A stretch of DNA of 64,000 bases from an uncultured Rhodobacteraceae bacterium (GCA_965656445.1 CBFHKO010000001.1:764212-828211); one strand, 5' to 3'; numbered from the stretch's first letter, positions 9,927 through 18,979 are shown. Numbers and translations: made by a program. Notes: generated by a model from the letters alone, not told the origin.

Positions 9927-11312
9927 ATGGACGGTACTCATCGCGACAATGATATCTCTCATATTGTAGAAGCTGACCGTGTCAACGTGTGGCACCATTT
10001 GTTGCAGCACAAACCCTTTGAAACGGGTGAGCCGCGCATCATTGTCGAAGGCAAAGGTATGCGCGTATGGGACCAACACGGCAAAGAGCATTTGGATGCT
10101 GTGTCCGGTGGCGTTTGGACTGTCAATGTTGGCTATGGGCGCGAAAGCATTGCAGATGCCGTACGCGATCAGTTGGTGAAGATGAACTATTTTGCAGGGT
10201 CCGCAGGGTCTATCCCCGGCGCGCTTTTTGCGGAAAAGCTGCTTGAGAAAATGCCGGGCTTGGATCGTCTGTATTACTGTAACTCAGGATCAGAGGCGAA
10301 CGAAAAAGCGTTCAAACTGGTTCGTCAAATTGCTCACAAACGTTATGGTGGCAAGAAGCACAAGATCTTGTACCGCGACCGCGATTATCACGGAACAACG
10401 ATTGCTTGCCTATCCGCAGGCGGCCAAGATGAGCGCAATGCACAATACGGCCCCTACACACCTGGGTTCGTGCGCGTTCCACATTGCCTAGAATATCGCG
10501 CACAATGGGATGTGACAGGTGAAGAATACGGAAAAATGGCGGCGGATGCGATTGAACAAGTCATCCTCGCCGAAGGGCCTGACACCGTTGGCGCACTATG
10601 CTTGGAGCCCGTCACTGCGGGTGGTGGCGTTATTACACCGCCTTTGGGATACTGGGATCGTGTCCAAGAAATCTGTAAAAAATACGATATCTTGCTTCAC
10701 ATCGACGAAGTTGTCTGTGGCGTTGGCCGGACAGGAACATGGTTTGGCTATCAGCATTACGGCATCAAACCTGACTTTGTGACAATGGCCAAAGGTGTCG
10801 CCTCCGGCTATGCCGCTATTGCCTGCCTAGCAACAACAGAAGCTGTGTTTGACATGTTCAAAGACGATTCAAACGATCCGATGAACTATTTCCGCGATAT
10901 CTCAACCTTTGGTGGCTGCACGGCTGGCCCAGCGGCGGCGTTGGAAAACATGCGCATCATCGAAGACGAAGGCCTCTTGGACAATACAACCGCGATGGGC
11001 GAACGGATGGTCAACAACCTGCAAGCCTTATCTGAAAAACATGCTGTCATCGGCGATGTGCGTGGCAAAGGGTTGTTCTGTGGCGCAGAGCTCGTCAGCG
11101 ATCGCGCAACAAAAGAGCCAATGGATGAGAAAAAAGTCCAAGCTGTTGTTGCGGATTGTATGCAGCAAGGCGTTGTTATTGGTGCCACAAATCGATCTTT
11201 GCCAGGGTTCAATAACACATTGTGCTTTAGCCCCGCTTTGATCGCCACAGCAGATGACATCGACAACATCACGGACGCTGTGGATCAAGCCCTCACACGC
11301 GTCTTTGGCTAA
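9927..11312 (+). CDS. tpa: Taurine--pyruvate aminotransferase (class III aminotransferase)
   Basis: Class III PLP aminotransferase sequence (SGSEANEKAFKL, DEVVCGVGRTGTWFG, MAKGVASGY). Start set at ATG 9927 (MDGTHRDN), which has AAGGA upstream. The track ORF starts earlier, at 9876. Confidence 0.85.
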   Translation: MDGTHRDNDISHIVEADRVNVWHHLLQHKPFETGEPRIIVEGKGMRVWDQHGKEHLDAVSGGVWTVNVGYGRESIADAVRDQLVKMNYFAGSAGSIPGALFAEKLLEKMPGLDRLYYCNSGSEANEKAFKLVRQIAHKRYGGKKHKILYRDRDYHGTTIACLSAGGQDERNAQYGPYTPGFVRVPHCLEYRAQWDVTGEEYGKMAADAIEQVILAEGPDTVGALCLEPVTAGGGVITPPLGYWDRVQEICKKYDILLHIDEVVCGVGRTGTWFGYQHYGIKPDFVTMAKGVASGYAAIACLATTEAVFDMFKDDSNDPMNYFRDISTFGGCTAGPAAALENMRIIEDEGLLDNTTAMGERMVNNLQALSEKHAVIGDVRGKGLFCGAELVSDRATKEPMDEKKVQAVVADCMQQGVVIGATNRSLPGFNNTLCFSPALIATADDIDNITDAVDQALTRVFG

Positions 11313-12142
11313 GGCTGATTGCGACCCTCAAGGTATGTCAAATATCTTGAGGGAACCTCACTGCGGAAACAATATCCCGTTGTTCTTGCAGCTTTCAAAA
11401 TGTGATGCGTTGTTTGCTGAAGCGGCTGCAAAATAATAGGCAAATGAAACCGCCCCGAGGCCGACCCATCATACATGATAATTGTATATCCGGCTAAGAA
11501 CCCATTTCCAACGAGGGTATGGGTGCTAAAGAAATCAACGCCCATGATCGGCATTGGTTCAGCTGAGGAATAGACAATCCCTAAACCTGAATTGGACTTT
11601 ATCATCAAACCGCGATGTTCTCGATTTGACAAAGGCCCCAAGTCTACGCGTTTAGTGTCACCACTCGGGGGATCATACCCTTTGATCACCCGCCGTCCTC
11701 CTACGTCAAACACACGAACCAGCAATGATAAAAATTTTGCAGGATTGGTGAAGGATGGCCTCCAGATAATATGAATCCCATCGGGCAACCGATACCCAGT
11801 TGCCGAATCGTTTTGTCGTGATGGGATCGTGAAATCATGCTCAAAGAACGCATATTCCACCGCTTCGCGTATGGTGAGCACCCCTTGTTGAAGCTTTTCA
11901 GCCTCTTGTTCGATTTCAGCTAGGGGTTGTAAAATAATGCGAGCATCGACACCAAACAAATCACAGATGCGCCGAAGCATCCCTGGCTTGGGAAAACTTT
12001 CACCATTCAGAATGCGGTTCATTTGAACTCGATTAATGTCTAATCGATCTGCAACTTCGGCAATTGTCCCAATCCGTGCACACAAAATGCGCAGGTTTTT
12101 CCCAAATATAAGATGGGTGGATATATTAGACGTGTCGGACAC
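11309..12142 (-). CDS. XRE-family HTH protein with ~200-aa C-terminal domain of unknown function
   Basis: The N-terminus LRILCARIGTIAEVADRLDINRVQMNRILNGESFPKPGMLRRICDLFG is a classic HTH_3 domain. I recognise no family for the rest. The gene looks lower in GC than its neighbours. Confidence 0.7.
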   Translation of the reverse strand: MSDTSNISTHLIFGKNLRILCARIGTIAEVADRLDINRVQMNRILNGESFPKPGMLRRICDLFGVDARIILQPLAEIEQEAEKLQQGVLTIREAVEYAFFEHDFTIPSRQNDSATGYRLPDGIHIIWRPSFTNPAKFLSLLVRVFDVGGRRVIKGYDPPSGDTKRVDLGPLSNREHRGLMIKSNSGLGIVYSSAEPMPIMGVDFFSTHTLVGNGFLAGYTIIMYDGSASGRFHLPIILQPLQQTTHHILKAARTTGYCFRSEVPSRYLTYLEGRNQP

Positions 12143-12375
12143 CTATTTACCATTCAATCATAAGACTGTTAAGCAGCCATTCAAAACACACTCATAACGT
12201 GCAAACAAGATATATCTAAGCAAAATTTACGCTCAATTGCGGGAAAATGCATAGTCGCTTAATTACTATTTTTGAGTAACCAAAATTACTTACAAACAAA
12301 ACATAAGTGCAGTACTGTTAAGAACAAAAGCACTCATTACCTTAACATAAATCAAAGGAAAATGGCACCCTCCCT

Positions 12376-13851
12376 ATGAAATTGCCTGTTGAAACCTTTT
12401 TTCTGGACCCAAACTCTGAGGGAACACTTCAGTCGCGGATCCAAGAAATGATTGCCTCAGGCATTCTAAATGGCCGTCTGTCAAAGGGGGCCAAGCTGCC
12501 ATCAACGCGCAAACTGGCAACCCATTTAGGTGTGAGCCGCATCACGGTAACGCTCGCCTATACCGAGTTGTTGTCCAATGATTACCTATCCTCCAAAGGG
12601 CGCTCAGGCTATTTTGTGTCTGAAACCGCCCCTGAACCGCCTGTTTTTGCCCCAGCCAAGCGCAACGAAGACAAAGTGGATTGGTCCCGCGCGATTGGCC
12701 AACAATTCACGGGCTCCTATGAGCATAAAAAGCCTCTGGATTGGGAAAAATATGACTATCCCTTTATCTATGGCCAAACTGATCCGACCCTGTTTGATCA
12801 CACAAATTGGCGACAATGTGCATTGCAGGCATTGGGGGCCAAGGATTTTGGGTCTCTGACATCGGATTATTACGACCGCGATGATCCTCGATTGATTGAA
12901 TTCATTGCGCGTCACTCTTTGCCAAGACGGGGAATTGCGGCAAATCCTGATGAAATATTAGTGACGCTTGGTGCGCAAAACGCGCTTTGGCTGACGGCGC
13001 AGGTGTTGCTAAATCAACGGCGCACGGCGACAATTGAAAACCCCTGTTATCCAGCCCTCCGCGATATTTTGAACCAATCTCGGTGTCATGTCCGCACTGT
13101 TGATGTTGACCAAGACGGGCTTCCCCCCGAAAACATCCCAGAGGATACGACTGTTATTTTCACCACGCCCAGCCACCATTGCCCCACCGCGGCGACGATG
13201 CCTTTGGCACGCCGCCGCGCGCTGCTTGACAAGGCGCGGGCTTTGGATGCTCTGGTTGTTGAGGATGACTATGAATTTGAGATGTCTTTCATAAAACCCC
13301 CCTCTCCATCCTTGAAATCCTTGGATCAAGATGGGCGTGTGATCTATGTCGGCAGCTTTTCAAAATCCCTCTTCCCCGGTTTGCGGCTTGGCTATCTTGT
13401 GGGCTCTGCCCCCTTCATCCGCGAAGTGCGCGCCCTCAGAGCCAGCGTTCTGCGCCACCCACCCGGGCATATCCAGAGAACAGCCGCCTATTTCCTTAGC
13501 CTTGGGCATTACGATGCTTTGATCCGCAAAATGGGCGCTACCTATCAAAAGCGGCGCAAAACGATGGAAGACAGCATTCAAAAAGCCAGATTAAATATCG
13601 CAGGACGTGGGGTCTTTGGCGGGTCGTCTTTTTGGATGAAAGCACCAGAAGGCGTCGATGTGACTGACTTGGCAAACCGTTTGAGACAAAGGGGTGTCTT
13701 GATTGAAACGGGCGATGCATTTTTTGCTCAGACCTCACCAGAACATGGATATTATCGCCTCGCATATTCCTCAATTCCAGAACAGAAAATTCCACGCGGC
13801 ATTGAAATCATTGGCGAGGAAATTTCCAAATCTGGCCCTAGCTCAGTCTAA
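12376..13851 (+). CDS. tauR: MocR/GntR-type transcriptional regulator with aminotransferase-like domain (taurine regulator)
   Basis: 491 aa. GntR wHTH (LPSTRKLATHLGVSRITVTLAYTEL) fused to a fold-type I aminotransferase domain (YVGSFSKSLFPGLRLGY). Sits between tpa and xsc. Confidence 0.85.
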   Translation: MKLPVETFFLDPNSEGTLQSRIQEMIASGILNGRLSKGAKLPSTRKLATHLGVSRITVTLAYTELLSNDYLSSKGRSGYFVSETAPEPPVFAPAKRNEDKVDWSRAIGQQFTGSYEHKKPLDWEKYDYPFIYGQTDPTLFDHTNWRQCALQALGAKDFGSLTSDYYDRDDPRLIEFIARHSLPRRGIAANPDEILVTLGAQNALWLTAQVLLNQRRTATIENPCYPALRDILNQSRCHVRTVDVDQDGLPPENIPEDTTVIFTTPSHHCPTAATMPLARRRALLDKARALDALVVEDDYEFEMSFIKPPSPSLKSLDQDGRVIYVGSFSKSLFPGLRLGYLVGSAPFIREVRALRASVLRHPPGHIQRTAAYFLSLGHYDALIRKMGATYQKRRKTMEDSIQKARLNIAGRGVFGGSSFWMKAPEGVDVTDLANRLRQRGVLIETGDAFFAQTSPEHGYYRLAYSSIPEQKIPRGIEIIGEEISKSGPSSV

Positions 13852-13864
13852 TAACTGGCCCTAT
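13832..13864 (+). promoter_or_regulatory. Candidate TauR operator upstream of xsc: CTGGCCCTAG-N13-CTGGCCCTAT, 23-bp period
   Basis: Read directly. The first half-site lies inside the last codons of tauR. The site ends 90 bp before the xsc ATG. Confidence 0.5.
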
Positions 13865-13953
13865 TTATCACTCTCAGCTAAGCTTAGTGTCATCACAAAA
13901 CCAGCACGATCCCGTGCTGTCTATTTTTTTGCCGTTTCAGGAGATATCCCACA

Positions 13954-15726
13954 ATGAAAATGACCACAGAAGAAGCCTTTGTAAAAGTGCTCCAAAGACA
14001 TGGAATTGAGCATGCATTTGGAATTATTGGTTCAGCCATGATGCCGATTTCTGACATCTTCCCAAAGGCTGGAATCACCTTCTGGGATTGTGCGCACGAA
14101 GGCAGCGCAGGCATGATGTCTGACGGTTACACACGCGTCACAGGCAAAATGTCCATGATGATTGCTCAAAACGGCCCTGGTATCACAAACTTTGTCACAG
14201 CAGTAAAAACAGCCTATTGGAACCACACACCGCTTTTGTTGGTCACACCACAGGCGGCGAACAAAACAATCGGTCAAGGTGGCTTCCAAGAAGTTGAGCA
14301 GATGAAATTGTTCGAAGATATGGTCGCCTATCAAGAAGAGGTTCGCGATCCATCTCGTATGGCCGAAGTTCTCACCCGCGTGATCGCACAAGCAAAACGC
14401 GCCTCTGCGCCTGCGCAAATCAACGTGCCGCGTGATTTCTGGACTCAAGTGATTGACATCGAAATCCCTGATCCAATCGAATTTGAACGCTCTTCTGGCG
14501 GCGAAAATTCTGTCCAAGCCGCCGCTGATCTCTTGAGCGGTGCTAAGAACCCTGTGATCCTCAATGGGGCCGGTGTTGTTTTGGCGGATGGTATCGACGC
14601 ATCGCGTCAGCTTGCGGAACGCCTCAGCGCACCTGTCTGTGTTGGATATCAGCACAATGACGCCTTCCCCGGTTCGCACCCACTGTTTGCGGGGCCATTG
14701 GGCTACAACGGATCCAAAGCGGCGATGGAGCTGATCAAAGACGCGGATGTCGTGCTCTGCCTTGGCACGCGCTTGAACCCATTCTCAACGCTTCCGGGCT
14801 ATGGTATGGAATATTGGCCAGCAGATGCGAAAATCATCCAAGTTGACATCAACCCAGACCGCATTGGCCTTACCAAAAAGGTCGAAATCGGCATTGTTGG
14901 TGATGCGAAAAAAGTTGCAGAAGGCATCCTTGCGCGTCTCTCCGACACAGCGGGCGATCACGACCGCGATGATCGCAAAGCACGCATTGCTCAGACAAAA
15001 TCTGCATGGGCGCAACAACTTTCCTCCATGGATCACGAAGAAGACGATCCAGGCACAAGCTGGAACGAACGTGCGCGTTCTGACAAGCCTGATTGGATGA
15101 GCCCCCGCATGGCGTGGCGCGCAATTCAATCCGCGCTACCAACGGATGCCATCATTTCTTCCGACATCGGCAACAACTGTGCCATCGGTAACGCCTATCC
15201 GTCCTTTGAGGATGGTCGCAAATATTTGGCACCTGGTCTGTTTGGCCCGTGTGGATATGGTTTGCCTGCGATTGTTGGTGCAAAAATCGGCCAACCTGAT
15301 GTGCCTGTTGTTGGGTTCGCAGGGGACGGCGCCTTTGGGATCGCGGTCAACGAATTGACAGCCATCGGTCGCGGCGAGTGGCCTGCGATCACTCAGGTCG
15401 TGTTCCGCAACTATCAGTGGGGCGCGGAAAAGCGGAACTCAACGCTTTGGTTCGATGACAACTTTGTCGGCACTGAATTGGACACGCAAGTGTCTTATGC
15501 AGGGATCGCCAAGGCCTGTGGCCTCAAGGGTGTCGTCGCACGCACTCAACAAGAGCTGACCGAAGCTTTGGCCCAAGCCATCGAAGATCAAAAGAACGGG
15601 ATCACCACATTGATCGAAGCGATGATCAACCAAGAGCTTGGTGAACCCTTCCGCCGTGATGCCATGAAAAAACCTGTCGCAGTTGCAGGAATTGACGCAT
15701 CGGACATGCGCACACAGCAGGTGTAA
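13954..15726 (+). CDS. xsc: Sulfoacetaldehyde acetyltransferase (ThDP-dependent)
   Basis: 590 aa. ThDP enzyme fold (GFAGDGAFG...N motif) with length and context typical of Xsc. GGAG RBS. Confidence 0.9.
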   Translation: MKMTTEEAFVKVLQRHGIEHAFGIIGSAMMPISDIFPKAGITFWDCAHEGSAGMMSDGYTRVTGKMSMMIAQNGPGITNFVTAVKTAYWNHTPLLLVTPQAANKTIGQGGFQEVEQMKLFEDMVAYQEEVRDPSRMAEVLTRVIAQAKRASAPAQINVPRDFWTQVIDIEIPDPIEFERSSGGENSVQAAADLLSGAKNPVILNGAGVVLADGIDASRQLAERLSAPVCVGYQHNDAFPGSHPLFAGPLGYNGSKAAMELIKDADVVLCLGTRLNPFSTLPGYGMEYWPADAKIIQVDINPDRIGLTKKVEIGIVGDAKKVAEGILARLSDTAGDHDRDDRKARIAQTKSAWAQQLSSMDHEEDDPGTSWNERARSDKPDWMSPRMAWRAIQSALPTDAIISSDIGNNCAIGNAYPSFEDGRKYLAPGLFGPCGYGLPAIVGAKIGQPDVPVVGFAGDGAFGIAVNELTAIGRGEWPAITQVVFRNYQWGAEKRNSTLWFDDNFVGTELDTQVSYAGIAKACGLKGVVARTQQELTEALAQAIEDQKNGITTLIEAMINQELGEPFRRDAMKKPVAVAGIDASDMRTQQV

Positions 15727-15728
15727 CC

Positions 15729-16883
15729 ATGTCAGGATCCAGCGCCAACATCTTAGTCTTGAATGCTGGATCCTCCTCAATCAAATTCGCCGTGTTTGAC
15801 AGCGATTTGAACGAAACCATTTCAGGCATCGCCGAGGGTATCGGCGGTGCCTCTTGTTTGAACATAGCAGGCAAGGACACCCAAACACCGTTCATTGACC
15901 ACGCCGCCGCGCTGAAGGCAGTCTTGTCAGCGCTTCAAACGGCTGGGTACGGTGTGGACACCTTTGCCGCCGCCGCCCACCGTGTGGTGCATGGCGGGCT
16001 CAAATTGACCAAGCCATTGCGCGTCAATGCAGATGTGCGCGCCGAAATCGCCAGCTGCACGCCGCTGGCCCCTTTGCATAATCCGCACAACCTCGCGGCC
16101 ATTGACACGCTGAACGACATCGCGCCTGAATTGCCACAATTCGTGAGCTTTGACACCTCGTTTCACGCGTCAAACCCCGAAGTTGCAACACGCTATGCCA
16201 TTCCCAAAATGATCGAAACCAAGGGGATTCGGCGTTATGGGTTTCACGGCCTGAGCTATGCCTCTTTGGTACAGCACCTTCCCCAAATCTCTGGGGAAAA
16301 ATTACCTTCACGGCTTTTGGCCTTTCACTTGGGCAATGGGGCAAGCCTGTGCGCGATCCTCAACGGTCAAAGTGTGGCAACCACCATGGGCTATTCTCCG
16401 TTGGATGGCCTCACGATGGGAACACGATCTGGCGGAATTGATGCCAATGCAGTTCTGCGCCTTGTCGAAGAAAACGGCTTGGACAGGACCAAAGCGATTT
16501 TGAACCACGAAAGCGGTCTACTGGGCCTCTCAGGTGGCAAATCTGACATGCGCAATCTGATGCTGGACCCCTCAGCCGATAGCGCCTTTGCAATCGAACA
16601 TTTCTGTTATTGGTCTCTGCGCCATGCAGGAAGCCTCATTGCCGCGATGGAAGGCATCGATGCCATCGCCTTTACGGGCGGGATTGGCGAGAATGCAGTT
16701 GGCGTCAGAGCGCGGATTGTCAGAGGCTTGGAATGGACAGGTGCCCGCCTAAACCCAGATGCAAATCACGCCCGCCGTCCGCGCCTTCATGCAGATACAT
16801 CCAAAGTGGCGATCTGGGCGATCCCCGCCCAAGAAGAGAAAATGATCGCCTCGGATGCCTTATCGTTACTGGGTGCCGTGTGA
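15729..16883 (+). CDS. ackA: Acetate kinase
   Basis: N-terminal ILVLNAGSSSIKFAVFD, RRYGFHGLSY and FTGGIGENA motifs. Confidence 0.92.
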   Translation: MSGSSANILVLNAGSSSIKFAVFDSDLNETISGIAEGIGGASCLNIAGKDTQTPFIDHAAALKAVLSALQTAGYGVDTFAAAAHRVVHGGLKLTKPLRVNADVRAEIASCTPLAPLHNPHNLAAIDTLNDIAPELPQFVSFDTSFHASNPEVATRYAIPKMIETKGIRRYGFHGLSYASLVQHLPQISGEKLPSRLLAFHLGNGASLCAILNGQSVATTMGYSPLDGLTMGTRSGGIDANAVLRLVEENGLDRTKAILNHESGLLGLSGGKSDMRNLMLDPSADSAFAIEHFCYWSLRHAGSLIAAMEGIDAIAFTGGIGENAVGVRARIVRGLEWTGARLNPDANHARRPRLHADTSKVAIWAIPAQEEKMIASDALSLLGAV

Positions 16884-16887
16884 TGCC

Positions 16888-17739
16888 CTATGCCATTGCC
16901 ACAGTGACCGCCGTCGCCGCGACAATGTCATCCACGCTTGCCCCTCGGCTCAAGTCACAGACAGGTTTTCTAAACCCCTGCAAAAACGGCCCCAACGCTT
17001 GGGCACCCGCTAATTCTTGGGCCAATTTATATGCAATATTTCCTGAATTAAGATCAGGAAACACGAGAACATTTGCATCCCCTACGCCCAAGCCTTTCTT
17101 GGCAGCAATCGTCGCATTTAACGCAGCATCCGCTTGGATCGGCCCCAAAAATCCTGTCACATCACAGGCTTGGCGCACCAAATCAACGCTCTCGCCAACC
17201 CCAGAGGATCCAGTCGAAAACGACAGCATCGCCACACGCGCCGCACCAAGTAAAGCACGCGCAGAGACCTCTGAGGCACGCGCAATATCCGCCAATTGCT
17301 CCGCATTTGGAGACACGTTCACGGCGCAATCGGCAAACACCATTTCCCGCCCGTCCGCCATGATCATCAAGAAAAACGAAGAGGGCGTTGTCACACCCTC
17401 GCTCAATCCAATGCCAATGCTGGCCGCTTCGATGACCTTTTTGGTTGGGCTATCCGCACCAGCCACCATCGTATCCGCTTCGCCCGCCGCAACCATTGCC
17501 GCCGCCCGAAACAGAGGTTTCGAGAGCATGCGCCGCGCGATTGCCTCTTTCATGCCGCGCGCATCAACCAAGGCCGACATTTGCGCCTCACTCGGCTCTG
17601 CCAATCCAATTGGCTCACAAATGCCGCGCTGCTTTAGAACCCCTGCCGCCTCTGCCACGCGTGGGTCATCTAATTCAGGGAACACGACCCTGAGCTTGCG
17701 CTCTTGGGCGGTTGCGAAAATTTTTTCCAAAATTGACAT
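16888..17739 (-). CDS. pta: Phosphate acetyltransferase (PTA_PTB-only short form)
   Basis: 283 aa with RVVFPELDDPRVAEAA, ADCAVNVSPNAEQLADIA and FPDLNSGNIAYKL. GGAGG RBS 6 nt upstream of ATG 17739. Confidence 0.9.
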   Translation of the reverse strand: MSILEKIFATAQERKLRVVFPELDDPRVAEAAGVLKQRGICEPIGLAEPSEAQMSALVDARGMKEAIARRMLSKPLFRAAAMVAAGEADTMVAGADSPTKKVIEAASIGIGLSEGVTTPSSFFLMIMADGREMVFADCAVNVSPNAEQLADIARASEVSARALLGAARVAMLSFSTGSSGVGESVDLVRQACDVTGFLGPIQADAALNATIAAKKGLGVGDANVLVFPDLNSGNIAYKLAQELAGAQALGPFLQGFRKPVCDLSRGASVDDIVAATAVTVAMA

Positions 17740-17772
17740 GTATGCCTCCGTATACAGCGAAAGGAGCCACTA

Positions 17773-18906
17773 ATGAACAACGACGTCAAGATCAACCGCG
17801 GTTTAAAAGGGATTTATTTTGAACGCTCTGGTGTGAGCCACATAGATGGATCAAAAGGCGAGCTGAGCTATCGCGGCTATTCCATCCATGATTTGGCAAC
17901 ACAGTCGACGTTTGAAGAAGTTTGCTATTTGCTCATCTATGGCGAGCTTCCAACACCCCAAGAGCTCGCCACATTTGATCACGCCCTCAAAGAGGCCCGT
18001 GATTTGCCAGAGGCGGTCTATGATGTGATCCGCGCCACCAAAGACGGCCATCCTATGGATGTCTTGCGCACGGCGACTTCAGCTCTCGCCGCTTTAGAGC
18101 CCAATAGCCAGAATGTGAGCGAGGCTGATTTCATCGCCAATGGCATTCGCCTCACGTCCCAAGTTCCCATGATCATCGCAGCGCATGAAAACATCCGCAA
18201 TGGACGCGATCCCGTAATGGCGGATAAATCCCTCAGCCACGCCGCAAACTGGCTCTGGATGCTCAAAGGTGAAAAACCCTCCCAAGATGCCGCACGCTTG
18301 GCGGATGTTGACTTTATTTTGCACGCAGAACACGGCAGCAACGCAAGCAGCTTTGCCGCGCGTGTGACCATTGGCACAGAGGCAAATCTGCATGGCGCAA
18401 TCGTCACCGCCCTCTCAACTCTCGCAGGTCCGGCCCATGGTGGCGCTGCTGAGGATGTAATGAAAATGGTCCAAGAGATCGGCACCCCAGAAAACGCCGC
18501 CGCCTATGTCAAAGCCAAACGCGCCAATCGCGAAGCGGTCACAGGTTTCGGCCACCGCGTTTACCGCGCCGAAGATCCGCGCGCGCGTCACATGCGCGAC
18601 GGTGTCAAAAAGCTCGGCGAAGAAATGGGCGCACCGGAATGGTATGAGATCCTGCAAGGCGTCGTTGACGCGATGAAACCCTACTCACGGCATGGCCTAA
18701 ATGTGAACGTCGATTTCTATTCTGGCGTGATCTACCAATTGCACGGCATTCCCATGGACCTCTATGTGCCCATATTCGCCATAGGCCGAATGCCTGGATG
18801 GATCATCCAATGCTTGGAACAGCTCCAAGGCAATATCCTCATTCGCCCCCTCACCCTCTATAACGGCCCAGATATGCGGGACTATGTGCCTCTCAATGCG
18901 CGCTAA
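17773..18906 (+). CDS. Citrate synthase family protein, short (~377 aa) type (citrate or 2-methylcitrate synthase)
   Basis: GFGHRVYRAEDPRA, HAEHGSNASSF and VDFYSG motifs. The size matches the small dimeric type, not the ~430-aa housekeeping GltA. Confidence 0.88.
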   Translation: MNNDVKINRGLKGIYFERSGVSHIDGSKGELSYRGYSIHDLATQSTFEEVCYLLIYGELPTPQELATFDHALKEARDLPEAVYDVIRATKDGHPMDVLRTATSALAALEPNSQNVSEADFIANGIRLTSQVPMIIAAHENIRNGRDPVMADKSLSHAANWLWMLKGEKPSQDAARLADVDFILHAEHGSNASSFAARVTIGTEANLHGAIVTALSTLAGPAHGGAAEDVMKMVQEIGTPENAAAYVKAKRANREAVTGFGHRVYRAEDPRARHMRDGVKKLGEEMGAPEWYEILQGVVDAMKPYSRHGLNVNVDFYSGVIYQLHGIPMDLYVPIFAIGRMPGWIIQCLEQLQGNILIRPLTLYNGPDMRDYVPLNAR

Positions 18907-18908
18907 TG

Positions 18909-18950
18909 CTTCTTCTTTTTACAAATATCCTCGCCGAAGGCATCCCCGCC
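18909..18950. repeat. 42-bp dispersed repeat, copy 1 (CTTCTTCTTTTTACAAATATCCTCGCCGAAGGCATCCCCGCC)
   Basis: 39 of 42 positions are identical to 30726-30767, and the last 28 nt are identical. Here the 3' end forms the hairpin CCCCGCC-CAC-GGCGGGG (18944-18960). Confidence 0.8.
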
Positions 18951-18979
18951 CACGGCGGGGACCACACATAGGATAGCTC

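Noticed and set aside
14032-14679. Long antisense ORFs inside xsc (14032-14679), soeA (20441-21091, 21275-21940), lpxK (35911-36510) and the citrate synthase gene (18018-18485).
   Set aside because: All overlap confidently assigned genes on the other strand and have biased, domain-free translations.
16610-17773. 387-aa plus-strand ORF covering all of pta in antisense. Its stop overlaps the citrate synthase ATG as TAATG.
   Set aside because: The translation is Ala/Ser/Pro/Arg-rich with no recognisable domain, which is typical of antisense frames. The minus-strand frame encodes an unmistakable phosphate acetyltransferase with its own RBS. The TAATG junction is probably coincidental.
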